DNA of 64,000 nt from Octopus vulgaris (taxonomy: Eukaryota): contig OX597830.1 of assembly GCA_951406725.2 (NCBI GenBank), forward strand, positions 44,330,001 to 44,394,000, written 5' to 3'. Within the stretch, counting starts at the first letter, position 1; each line of letters opens with the position of its first letter. A program made the translations under genes and the position numbers. Below the pieces are notes generated by a model. The model saw only the letters and a program-made list of their open reading frames with translations, ran no database searches and had not been told where the DNA came from. Positions 1 to 10,638 of this stretch are shown here, one piece after another.

Positions 1-84
1 CCATACCAGCATGTAAAGTGGACGTTAAACAATGATGATGATATCTGATATAGACAGAAGATCTCAAATTTGTGAGGACTAATA

Positions 85-1303
85 CGAGGGCGGACAGAAA
101 AGTTCTTAGGGTAACAATGAAGGAGTGATGCTAGAGCTACGAAATCTTGCATGCATTAATATCACCTCTTCTTATTAATTGTTTCTTTCCAGGTACCCTG
201 CATCTGACGCTTCAAAGAAGACTTCAAAAGTAACTAGTAGTGACTTTTCTTGAAAAAATACAAAATTTGGCATCAAGGTGTTATCAGCTACCTACAGAAA
301 AAGGGTTTAGGCTACAGCGACATTCATGCTGTCATGGTTGCTACACTAGGGGATGATGTTCCATATCATCCCTTAATGTAGCAACCATGTCAGCATGAAA
401 AGTGGGATGCTGAATTTAGGAGGGAAAAGGAAAGACTTGAAGATGAGCCATGTTCTGGACATCCTGAAACTGTGACTGCTGCAGAAAACATTGTGTGGAA
501 GACATGTGATTGACTCTAAACCAAATAGCATATCCTGCAATACATTTGAGAACATTCTGTATAATGAAACTTGACATGGTTTACAGAAGGTTTCTGCTTG
601 GCAGGTGCAATGTCTTTTGACACCTGATCAAATGTACCCTAGGCTGATGTCAACATGGGGAAAATCAGACATTGTTTGAGGCAGATCCAGCTAGCTTCCT
701 TGAATGTTTCCTAATCCAGGATGAGTGTTGGATTCATCACTTTGAGCCAGACACAAAGAGACAGTCCATGCAGTGGAATCACCCCTTCTCACCTGCACCA
801 AAAGAAAGCCAATGTCATTTCATCTGCAGGGCAGGTGATGGTCTCAGGTTTTTGTGGTGGGAATGCAAAAGGCTTTGTGTTCATTGACAATCTTCAAAAG
901 GGCCACACCATCAATGGAGAGCACTATGCCAACTTGCTCAGGCAGTTACTAAAGGCTATCAATACAAAAACACCCAGGAAAATAATTTTCCATGGCTGCT
1001 GTGTGTGACTGTGACTTTGAACTGATTGATCTTTCTTCCCTATTCTCCTGATTATCATCCGTTTCCCAACAAGAAAAAAACATTTGGTTGGGAACTAGTA
1101 TCGCTGTGACGATGATGTCATATTTGCTGTTGACTTTTTTGCCCAACAAGATGAAAGTTTCTTCTTCAATGAGATCCAAGCACTGCAACACTGATGGAAG
1201 AGGTGTGTGAATCACAAGGGGGACTATGCTGAAAATAAACTTCATTGGGTCACATTCCACCAAAATACCTTGGTCAGCCTATGAACTTTTCCACTGACCT
1301 TCG
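85..1303 (+). mobile_element. Decayed near-full-length mariner transposon
   Basis: Imperfect TIRs (CGAGGGCGGACAGAAAAGTTCTTAGG vs reverse complement CGAAGGTCAGTGGAAAAGTTCATAGG) with TA on both sides. Frameshifted transposase fragments FLIQDECWIHHFEPDTKRQSMQW and AGQVMV...IDNLQKGHTINGEHYANLLRQL. Confidence 0.9.
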
Positions 1304-1375
1304 TATATTTTATCACATACTTCTAAGAAAACAAACAGAAGAAAGCAAAATGCTTAAAACACATAAGAAGCTTAC

Positions 1376-1539
1376 GTTTGTATTCTCTAATAATTCTTTT
1401 TTCTGGACACAACCCCATGGTGCAATGCCTATTGCCACCACCTTATCCTTGCCAGATAATACAAATCCATAATCCCGAATAGCTTCTCCAACATGCTTCA
1501 TCACTCCAGCATGTAATCCTGCACTCGTAACCCAGGCAC
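1376..1539 (-). CDS. TRPM2: TRPM2-like channel exon (MHR1/2, SLOG-like): GAWVTSAGLHAGVMKHVGEAIRDYGFVLSGKDKVVAIGIAPWGCVQKKELLENTN
   Basis: AG acceptor at 1541-1540, GTAAG donor at 1375-1371, 164 nt, phase 1 to 0. Matches the TRPM motif GAWI.TGG...GVMKHVGEA.RD and AIGIAPWG. The gene continues beyond the window start. Confidence 0.93.
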
Positions 1540-2144
1540 CTGTAATGCAAGCAAACAAGAATTCAGCATTAGAGCTGGAGGAAATGCATTAAAATTCATT
1601 AGAATTTTCATTACTTTTACTAAAATATTTGATTTTCTGAGATGGAGACAGTTTTTGTTTGAGACTTAAATGCTTTACAATCTAGGTGAAAGTTTTGTTG
1701 AGGTCAACTTTGCCTTTCATCTTTTTGGTGTTGAGGAAATGAATTACCAAGTAAATAGTGGGGTTGATGGAATCGACTAGTTCCTCCCCCCTTTCCAAAA
1801 ATGGGAAAAAATTTGAGGCAGGCTTTGTACTAATAGCAGAAAGAATTAATTTAAGGTGATATCGTGGTAGAATTGGCAGCACAGAAGACAAAATACTTAG
1901 TGGCATTTCTTTCAGTTCTTTTCATTGTGAGTTCATATTCTGCCTTGGTGGACTTTGCCTTTCCTTCAGGCTTGATAAAATAAGTACCAATTGAACACTG
2001 GGGTTGATGTAATCAATTTCCCCTTCTCTCAAAATGGCTAGTCTTGTACCAAAATTAGAAAGAATTATTATAAAGTGGCATTAGCACCTGGCAGAATTAG
2101 CAGAGCAGCAAACGAAATGCCGAGTGGCATGGCTTTTGAATTGT

Positions 2145-2423
2145 ATCTCAAGGTTTCTATTTGGAGAAGGAAAGGAGTGACTAGACTGAAAGTGAAATGA
2201 AGTCCCGAGTTACCTGGATCCACCCTAGGTGGGAATTTTCTATTCCCCTGTGAGTATGTAGGTGCCGTTGCTTATATTTTTATTTTTAACCTGTTTCTCA
2301 TGTCGTATCCTGTTTTTGTTCCTAACCACCTTTTAATCTACATGTATACCTCTAAGTGGTTTGTACTCTTCCTCTCTGGCATGTCTAATATCATACTGTA
2401 GGCCCTTGTGGCTAATAAAGGAA
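2145..2423 (+). mobile_element. Probable 3' UTR fragment of a Tx1-type LINE
   Basis: Ends GGCCCTTGTGGCTAATAAAGG, resembling the 3' ends of the Tx1 copies at ~20150 and ~40060. Confidence 0.4.
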
Positions 2424-2529
2424 TCATCATCATCAATAACACCATGGTGACGACGATGACAATCATATCTGCCACGACGACGACGACGACCACCACCAAC
2501 ACCATATTGAACATTTTGATAAATCTTAC

Positions 2530-2710
2530 CTGTACTTCTTGCAACTTTTACTAACCCACGCCTGAATACTTCTTTAAGTCGTGGCTTCATCTGGAAGTTT
2601 TTTGCCCCTCCGGTCACAGAAATAAGCAGGTTTGGTAATGACAAATTCCATTGAGTTGTTATCAATTTAATAATTGTTTCCATCGGTGTTTTATGATCCA
2701 CACGGACAAA
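2530..2710 (-). CDS. TRPM2: TRPM2-like exon: FVRVDHKTPMETIIKLITTQWNLSLPNLLISVTGGAKNFQMKPRLKEVFRRGLVKVARST(G)
   Basis: AG acceptor at 2712-2711, G/GTAAG donor at 2529, 181 nt, phase 0 to 1. Closely matches the TRPM2 signature PNLLISVTGGAKNF.MKPRLK..FRRGLVKVA. Confidence 0.95.
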
Positions 2711-3334
2711 CTGTATGTGAGAAATAATGATATATGATCAATATGCTTAAATATATTTTAATATTTTAGATACAACAGAAAGGAAATTTCAAATACTTGC
2801 ACTTTGGTACTCAGAAATACGAGGGGAAATAAAAAATTATCCGCACTTTCGCCACAACATATCTTTATTATAGTCACACTGCCTTCTGCACATGCGTGTT
2901 TATGGCTGGTACTATTGTGGTCATGTGATCGAAGTTTGATCCTGATCGAACCGTTTTTCTTTCTAGCTTTGATTACAAAACTTCTTTGTAGACAATATTT
3001 TCTGTTTGGTCGACACTAATTTTCAAATTGAGTCCGTTGCTCTACTCACCGAAGTGGGTAAAAATACACCTATCCGATTTAAAGTCGTCCTGTGCCTTGT
3101 TTGTTGTGAACACGTGAGCGGAATCTTTAGGGTTGCAAAAAAATCAAACTAAGACTTACCTCTCACTGTTCTATGCGAATAATGTTTGAATGTTCTTGAA
3201 CCATGGGTTATTTTGATGGACAAAACTGAGATGTAAACAACAGCCGCTACGCTTAGCCATTTCGAATCCTGCTTGGAACTGACATACTTCAATAATCACT
3301 AAGTAATCACACACACTTTCCATTTTATTTTCGT

Positions 3335-3901
3335 TATTAACCGTCCTCGTGACCCCCTTCGTATCTAGAATGGGGACACGAACTATACGATGAAAATTTA
3401 GAGTTAGTTGTGAACAGCGAATTTTTAATAAAAATGCGAAGATGATTTATCAATTCAAAAATTGATATCTGCAAAATATTCATACTTTCTGATTTTTTAA
3501 AGCTAAAAACCTTCCTGACGACCGTCTTTGTAATCCAGAAAAATATCGTAGCCATTGGTCCAGCTGTCTGGCCGTGAAGAGAGAACAAAGAGACAGACAG
3601 ACAGACGGACATAACGCCCATTATAGTAAGATAGCAAATTTGCCAACTACAATGGGAAATAAAGGGATAGTATTGCAAATCTAAACCCTCTAAATTCACG
3701 AACTATACAGGGCGGGGTAAATCCAGAGTTAATCCTCGTCGCCGGAATTTTAACAAAAAAAATTGAAGATGATTTATTAATACAAAACTCAATATCCACT
3801 AAATAATCAAACATTTTCACATTTTTTCACTAAAACCTTCCTGATCACCTCCTTCGTAATCTCGAAAAACATCGTGACCATAACGCCCATAATAGTAAGA
3901 T
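3335..3901 (-). mobile_element. Non-autonomous Helitron-like element, two diverged tandem units
   Basis: The minus strand begins A/TCTTACTAT...GGGCGTTATG twice (3900 and 3631), the unit at 3631 followed by (CTGT)n as in Lep1-type Helitrons. Units 3376-3631 and 3697-3900 align (CACGAACTATAC, GAAGATGATTTAT, AAAACCTTCCTGA). Confidence 0.55.
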
Positions 3902-3979
3902 AATAATGGGTGTGTATGTGTCTTTGTACCTGAATTTGTTCTCCCATCGCTTGACAGCAAAGCCGAAATTTTGACTTAA

Positions 3980-4199
3980 CCCTTTCGTTACTGTATTTAG
4001 TTTGAGATGCTTTGTGTTTCTTTCAATTACTTTAAATATAATACAGAATTTAGTAAAATAACTTAGTTAGCATTCATCTAGTGTTAGGAACATAGATTGT
4101 GACTAAGGTTTGGAGGAAGATTTTTATTCAAAATTTATGAAAACAAGATATTTGTACTCAAAGCCAGAGCCGGTTTCAGCCGGGTTGGTAACAAAAGGG
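3980..4199. mobile_element. piggyBac-type MITE
   Basis: TTAA/CCCTTTCGTTAC ... GTAACAAAAGGG/TCTAA: CCC...GGG termini with a degenerate TTAA target site. Confidence 0.75.
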
Positions 4200-4214
4200 T
4201 CTAAAACAAATTAC

Positions 4215-4359
4215 CTTTCCAATTTTCTGACCAAATCCTCGAAATTCCACTTCACCAAATGCATTTGTTGGCAACAGTTCAGTGTCTGTTTCTTCTTCCC
4301 ATTTAAAAGGGTGATGTGTTTGCTTTTCATGTTGTTCTATATCATACCCACAGTGACAT
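4215..4359 (-). CDS. TRPM2: TRPM2-like exon: CHCGYDIEQHEKQTHHPFKWEEETDTELLPTNAFGEVEFRGFGQKIGK
   Basis: AG acceptor at 4361-4360 after a poly-T tract, AAG/GTAA donor at 4214, 145 nt, phase 2 to 0. Contains the TRPM CxCG...W...PTNAFGE.EF.G motif. Confidence 0.94.
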
Positions 4360-4559
4360 CTGAAAATTGAAAAAAAAAACAAAAAAAAACAAACAAACAA
4401 TATATGAATAAATAATTTCCACAAAGTATGTTGTTATCACTTGTTTATTTAAATGTCCCAGAATATACATGTATATATGTGTGTAAAAATGGTTTCATCT
4501 AAACATACAGTTGCGTATGTGTGTATACATACACAGACACACACACACGTACACACACG

Positions 4560-4623
<64 letters not shown>

Positions 4624-5189
4624 TTGGGTTGTCCGGAAAGTCCGTGCTGATTTTTAAAGGAAAGAAAAAGGACAATAAATACTTGCCATTACATTTTTAA
4701 TCAACCAAATATGAACCATTTTGTTGCCCAATGCGTCTCCATCTTTTCTTTAACTTGAAAATACCCTCTTCCCAGAATAGAGATTGTTTCATGACAAAGA
4801 ATTCATGAAGGTATCTTTTTACGTCATCCAAAGAATTGAAGTTTTTACCATTAAAACTATTCTGCAGAGACCTGAATAAGTGGAAATCCGAAGGAGCAAT
4901 ATTTGGTGAATATGGAGAGTGGGGTAACACATCCCAGACCTGCTGCGGCAATTTTTGTCTGGTTCCAAAAGCACCAAGTGCCGAAAATGAACTTTCTTAT
5001 CTTCCATTTTAAAGGGTTACAGAATTAACACAGGTTATAGGAACATAAACCTTCTTCCACGAAAAGGTAGCTTAAACTGTGCTCTAAATGGAGGTGTAGT
5101 CAAATCCTATTTTATGGACTCAACCATGTTCTAAAATAAGTCGAAAGGTAAGCTACTATAAATCGGCACAAACTTTCCGAACGACTCAA
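4624..5189 (-). mobile_element. Internally deleted mariner transposon
   Basis: ~30-bp TIRs (TTGGGTTGTCCGGAAAGTCCGTGCTGATTT vs TTGAGTCGTTCGGAAAGTTTGTGCCGATTT). N-terminal MEDKKVHFRH is joined directly to C-terminal WDVLPHSPYSPNIAPSDFHLFRSLQN...GIFKLKKRW. Confidence 0.92.
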
Positions 5190-5479
5190 TAGTTCAAATT
5201 CATATATATTTCTTGTACTTCTCTCTCAATCTTTATCTCTTTCCCCCCTCTCTCATTGAGTAACTATGTACCTCCTCTATAGCAAGACACCTATATCTGC
5301 CTCTATTTATGTTGCACTCCAACCTTTCATCATTTGATCCGGGGTCACCTCCTCTAATGTCACCCTCTATTGTGGAAAAACACCTGCTTCTGTCTCTGTC
5401 TCTTTGTCACACTCTAACCTTTCATCCTCTGACACAAGTTCCCCTCCTCAAATGCCCTGACCCTCTTATCATTCCTTGT

Positions 5480-5803
5480 CTTGTGGGTTATTTGGTTACC
5501 CTTCCAGTGCTGGTGCCACGTTAAAAACATCCAGTCCACTCTATAACATGGTTGGCGTTTGAAAGGGCATCCAGCAGTAAAAATCATGCCAAAACTAACA
5601 TCGCCTGTGCTAGTGTCACGTAAAAAGCACTGAATCCTCTCTGCTGAGTGGTTGATGTCAGGAAGGACATCCAGCCGTAAAAACCCTGCCAAAACAGACA
5701 CAATAGCCTAGGGTAGCTTTTCTGTCTGACTGGCTCCTGTCAACTGCTCTATCCATGCCAGCATGGAAAATGGACGTTAAACGACGACGACGACGATGTT
5801 GAT
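5480..5803 (+). mobile_element. RTE-tail-derived short interspersed repeat
   Basis: GGTGCCACG..AAAAAGCA / GGTTGGCGTT...AAGGGCATCCAGC units and a CATGCCAGCATGGAAAATGGACGTTAAACGACGA tail. The same tail occurs at 1-45, 8880-9100 and 31205-31335. Confidence 0.65.
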
Positions 5804-5949
5804 GTTTCCTTTTATATTAAGTTATAAGATCAATTTTACATTAACCTGAAGGATTACTCAATACTTTTTGTAGAGTACATACTGATTGTTCTTTAACAAG
5901 ATTAGTGCTAACAGCGACTTCAAAGTTTCAACCAGCTAAGTCATCATTG

Positions 5950-6027
<78 letters not shown>

Positions 6028-6029
6028 AT

Positions 6030-6224
6030 AGTAAATCCCCCAAAAAGAACAACAAACACAAAAAAACAACGCGAGGGTGTGGTGCATGTAAAGTATTAGC
6101 AGACGCTCAGGGAGGGAAAGAAAGATGGTTTAACGTTTCGAATAACGTTCTTCTTCAGAAACAGAGAAAAGTCCAATAGAAAGGAAGACGGAGGAAGAAA
6201 ATCGGCACCGATTCACATGTGGCT
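6030..6224 (-). mobile_element. Short hammerhead-containing element (retrozyme-like or solo Penelope pLTR)
   Basis: Minus strand GCCAC...GTTT-CTGAAGA-A-GAA cgtta TTC-GAAA-CG-TT-AAAC...CCTGAGCGT..CTAATAC, abutting a TA/TG microsatellite. Confidence 0.65.
6128..6162 (-). ncRNA. Minimal type I hammerhead ribozyme motif
   Basis: Stem I GTTT/AAAC, intact core CUGAAGA, short stem II GAA/TTC, GAAA, palindromic stem III AACGTT. Confidence 0.6.
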
Positions 6225-6329
6225 GACTGACTTTGGAATACCTTTACATTACCTTGTTCATTATATGCCATCTCTGCATCTTGATTGTGCATCATTTTAT
6301 ATATATATATATATATATATATGATAGAT

Positions 6330-6491
6330 CGCTAGCCACTACACATTCTTTATTTTCTCTCCTTGTTTCTTTCTGTGGAAGAGCGTAGGCTCGAAACGTT
6401 AAAGACTTTTTCACTTCCCGAGCGTTAAACTAATACACCTGTTTTTTGTCTACACCACTTGTCTTCGTCTTTTGTATTTTTGTGAATTCTC

Positions 6492-6494
<3 letters not shown>
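6330..6494 (+). mobile_element. Second short hammerhead-containing element, related subfamily, flanked by (TA)n
   Basis: GCCAC...TCTTT-CTGTGGA-A-GAGC gtag GCTC-GAAA-CG-TT-AAAGA...CCGAGCGT..CTAATAC, the same architecture as 6030-6224 in opposite orientation. Confidence 0.65.
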
Positions 6495-6544
<50 letters not shown>

Positions 6545-6546
<2 letters not shown>

Positions 6547-7695
6547 TGGATCTAGCGAACATACGCATCTAAATATAAGCAAAGGAGATGTAAAACGCTA
6601 TGAAAAGCATCAATTACTGCCAAATTGTAATAGCAGAATTGCTTATGATATAGCTAAGACGATAACAACGTCGGAAAATGAAGTCACAACTGCCATATAT
6701 ACAAATAATTATAATAAATGATAAATGCTCATGTAGAGAAAAATCGAAATGCTCATTGATAAATCTCTGTATGAGTACAGATCTTGTATATAAATGTACC
6801 GTGTACACAAATGGAGGGCCGTACGTTTACATTGAGCAGACGGTTGATTCGTTTAAGAATCATTATCGCAACCACATCACCAGCTTTAAGAGAATCAATA
6901 AGAGACATTCAACATCTTTGATCGATATTGTACGGCGACTGAAGGAAGATAAAATTAAGCACAACGTAACTTGGTCCATAGTAAGGCACACGAAACCATG
7001 CAATATCATTTCCAGGAGATGCCGACTCTGCTCCGAGGAATCCCTGTCTATTCTGTGGACCAATGAGAAGATCATTAATAGAATTTCTGAAAGACTCTCA
7101 AAATGACTACATGCATATAACTATACTTTCGCACAATGCAGTGGGAACGAATTTGAGTAATTTTTAACATAGTTTACTTTAAGGTGTGGATGATTTAAAT
7201 TTAATTTTCATCTCCCCATTCTTGTAAACATCAAGTAGCTATTTAACCCAATTTGTGATCGTGAGTGCACCAATCCACACGTGTGCGTATGCTTACATTT
7301 TTGCGGATGCTTGTATGAGCGAGTGTACACGCGCCATGCAGCATGCACGAAGGCGTTTACACATCCTTATCTGTTTATTTAAATACTTTTCTTGCTGTAT
7401 TGCGTACCTGTTTCTTTTTTGCATCTGTGATTTTGTTTTTGATCTACATAAATGGAGATATTTCCTTCGTTTTGCAGCTTTTCTGCCAACAAATGGAGAA
7501 GTTACATTGTGGAACTGTTATTTTAACGAGTTGTGTCTATTTATCACCCGATGAGACACATCTGCACCACCGGATGCTCCTGAACCAGTTGTTAAGGGTA
7601 CACCCGTGAGAGATCGATGCTAGATGTGTCGAAACAATTGTCGTTATTAATAGTAAAAATTCTTGCATATTCCATCTTCCGGCTTTCATTAAACC
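6545..7695 (+). mobile_element. Penelope-like element 3' fragment (GIY-YIG endonuclease plus pLTR)
   Basis: ORF 6678-7106: CSCREKSKC...LVYKCTV...VYIEQTVDSFKNHYRNH..SF...WSIV...CRLCSEE..IL, a Penelope-type GIY-YIG with CxC and CxxC motifs. A hammerhead lies in the downstream region. Confidence 0.85.
7537..7653 (+). ncRNA. Type I hammerhead ribozyme motif with extended stem II and CCGAUGA core
   Basis: Stem I CTATTTATCAC/GTTATTAATAG (9 of 11 paired), core CCGATGA, perfect 9-bp stem II GACACATCT/AGATGTGTC, GAAA, palindrome ACAATTGT, GUC cleavage triplet. Confidence 0.7.
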
Positions 7696-7829
7696 ATATA
7701 TATATATATCTACACACATATATATGCATACACACATATAATACAGTGTACATTTAAACACATTAAGAAGTTTCCATTCTAGGAATCCTTTACGCTAGAA
7801 AGAACAGCTAAAGTCCAAACCACTAATTC

Positions 7830-9100
7830 AGGGATAAATTCTCGAAGGGAGGGTGTAGGCAGAAATTCTATTCATTACTCAATGCAGTGGAATACCGGGG
7901 TTTTCCGAAAATCCGCCCGGGGCTTTAAACGGAAAATTCTATTTTACAAAACTATTTTTGGGCTTAAATAACCACCGACCATGGGTGGTAATATGGAAGT
8001 TTAATAGCATTCAATTTTTCACTAATGGTATATGATCGTTGAACACGTTTGATATATTTTCTTTCGACTCCATTATTGGGAATAAAGATCCTTTGAATTT
8101 ACCTATAGACTTAGAGCAAATGAACGTCTAAACAAAATGCAAACAAGAACACTAACTCTGTTTCAACTTTTAACATCAAATAACCACCCATGGGCGATCT
8201 AATGGATAGGCGGATTTTCGGAAAACCCCGGTAGTAGGAAGGTTAACAGAGAAAGTAGTGTTTTTATGTAGAAGATGGACAAGAGCCATAAAGATCTCAG
8301 ATGTATAAGGAAACTGATTTCTGCAAATGTCCTAGTGGCTCCCTGGAAGTTAAAGATAATTCTTGTGACCTAGGGATGAGGTTGTACAGAATGTGTAATT
8401 TTAAAAATAAGGATAGGAGAAAGTTCAGAGAGTTTTTACTTTTGTTGGCAACTAAGGTTTCTCTCTCTCTGAGTAAAGAGAGGATTGTATAATGCATGTG
8501 TACAAACTTCGATGCTGCATGGTAGTGAGATGTGGTCCCTGAATGCGGAGGAGATGTGAAGGTTGGAGAGGAACGAAGCTGGTATGCTCCACTGGATGTG
8601 CAATGTCAGTGTGTATGTGCAGCAGAGAGCACTGGTGCATTGAGAGAGAAGTTATATGCAGTGTGCACGAGAGGAGATCGTGATGGTATGATCATGTGAT
8701 GCGGATGGATGTTGACAGCTCCATAAAGAATTGCTGATAACTTGAAGTGGTTGGAATTCGTGGAAGAATGAGATGTAAGAAGACATGGGATGAAGGCCGA
8801 CCTCAGAATGCTGAGCATTACTGTACTCAAGAACAGAATTGAGATCCTAAAACTAATGTGCTACAAAAAAAAAAAGCATTGGTGTGGTTGCTGGTGTCAC
8901 GTAAAAAGCACTGGTGATGGTACCACATAAAAAGCATCCAATACATTCTACAAAGTGGTTGGCGTTAGGGAGGGCGTACAACCATAGAAACCAAGACAAA
9001 ACAGACTTTGGAACATGGTGCAGCCCCTGAGCTAGTCAATTCATGTCAAACTAATACTAGCATGGAAAACCGATGTTAAATGTTGTTGATGATGATGATC
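7830..9100 (+). mobile_element. Decayed 5'-truncated RTE-clade LINE (interrupted by a MITE)
   Basis: Fragments GVGRNSI and LYNACVQTSMLHGSEMWSLNAEEM*RLERNEAGMLHWMCNVS; ends in a (GAT)n tail. Confidence 0.7.
7895..8231. mobile_element. Tc1/mariner-type MITE
   Basis: Perfect 23-bp TIR CCGGGGTTTTCCGAAAATCCGCC, TA on both sides, non-coding interior. Confidence 0.9.
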
Positions 9101-9124
9101 ATGCATGCATATACATACTCACAC

Positions 9125-9196
<72 letters not shown>

Positions 9197-9420
9197 ATTA
9201 CATATATACACAAACACATATACATAAGTATACATTAGAGATTGTAATTCCTAATATATAAAACTGGACACGTAACAGGTGGAAAACCTTTCAATATAGG
9301 TCTGCTGAATCAGGTTTGACCAGGCCTAAACAACAACTATAAATGTTTCTAGTCAACAGATCTTGATTTGGAAGGAAAAAAACAGGAAAGGTACGCGTGC
9401 CAATCAGGTAGAAAACATAA

Positions 9421-10016
9421 TTAACCTTGATGTAGCACCATGAAAAAAATTACGTTAGAGGTGCCTTGGGATCAGTGTGACCCTATAATTAAAAATGCAT
9501 TTAGATACCAGAAAAAAGTTCAGTTCTTTTATCTTTATCAAACAGTATTTAGTCTAAATAACATTTTACAGCATTTTACGTGTAAACATTTTAATCCTGG
9601 CACTGATTGCAGACCTTCTTGCTATGTTCTTCACATACGGAGTTGTTGCATCCATGCAGATGAACCTGGTCTTCTTGTCCTTTATTCTTGGGCAAATGAA
9701 GCATCTATTGTGTTGTGATGAATGATGCTGGGAGGTGCTTGGAACAGCTGAAGGTACTTTTGGCAAAAGTTCTACAGCTGCAAATTATCTGTTTCACATT
9801 TGGAGGTGTTTGAGACGTCCCCAATCTGCGCTGAGCGTGCGGAGAGATCAACCAAATCAACAGTTCTTTAAAAAGTTTTAGTGGAGACAAAATTGCATGA
9901 GCGTAGACAATAAGAACATTAAATAAGAATTTGGTGGAATATTGAATCATAAAACCTGACTGTTTGGATCAGAAGTCTGGGGTCGTATTGATCCCATGGT
10001 GTCGGTTAAGGGTTAA
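9421..10016 (-). mobile_element. Internally deleted piggyBac transposon
   Basis: TTAA at both ends, partial TIRs with shared CACCATG and GGGATCA...GACCC blocks. Minus-strand peptide RCFICPRIKDKKTRFIC matches the piggyBac C-terminal cysteine-rich domain. Confidence 0.75.
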
Positions 10017-10079
10017 TGACAACCAGGGGCTGATAAAGGGAATTATCCACTTTCTGTTAACAATATCTTTAATTATTTT

Positions 10080-10445
10080 TATTTGTTCTAGTCATTTAGA
10101 CAGCGGCCATGCTGGAGCACCGCCTCGAAGAATTTTTTGTTGAATGAATTGATCCCAGTACTTATTCTATTGATCTCTTTTTCCGAATCGCTATGTTGTG
10201 GCTCGTAAACACACCAACACTATTTGTCAAATGGTGGTGGGGGACAAATACAAAATGCAAAGACCGACAGACAGACACACACACACAAGAGCTTCTTTCA
10301 GTTACCGTCTGTCAAATTCACTCACAAAGCTTTGATCGGCCGGAGGTTATAGAAAAATTTTTTACCCAAGGTGCCACGCAGTGGGACTGAACTTGGAACC
10401 ATGTAGTGTGGGAAGCAAGCTTCTTACCACACAGCCACGCCTGCA
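10080..10445 (-). mobile_element. tRNA-derived SINE, family A (CA/TA middle, CATGGCCGCAGTC...GAAACAAG tail)
   Basis: Homologous to the best-preserved copy at 42498-42877. Other copies: 22290-22692(-), 23565-23955(-), 36795-37165(+), 37215-38088(-), 47917-48580(+), 57960-58322(-), 60460-60853(-), 62330-62730(-). Confidence 0.8.
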
Positions 10446-10638
10446 TCCCGCATATTGCTCATCATGAAATTATTTCGTGCAATTTCAACGAATAGTTTTA
10501 CAATGCCTTTCCTACTTCCCTATTTAATGCTTTTCCTACATAAACCACACAACTTTAAATTCCTTTAAGTCAAGACCATCCTGTTTTGTTTCTTAAACAT
10601 TTAATACATTATGTCAAATGTAAGTCAAACACTACTTA

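Noticed and set aside
2818-3334. TACGAGGGG start suggesting another mariner
   Set aside because: No matching second TIR or recognisable transposase; left unassigned.
9566-9766. Cys-rich minus-strand ORF as a TRPM exon or zinc-finger gene
   Set aside because: It is a piggyBac C-terminal domain within TTAA-bounded termini, and exons 14455 and 4359 already join in phase.
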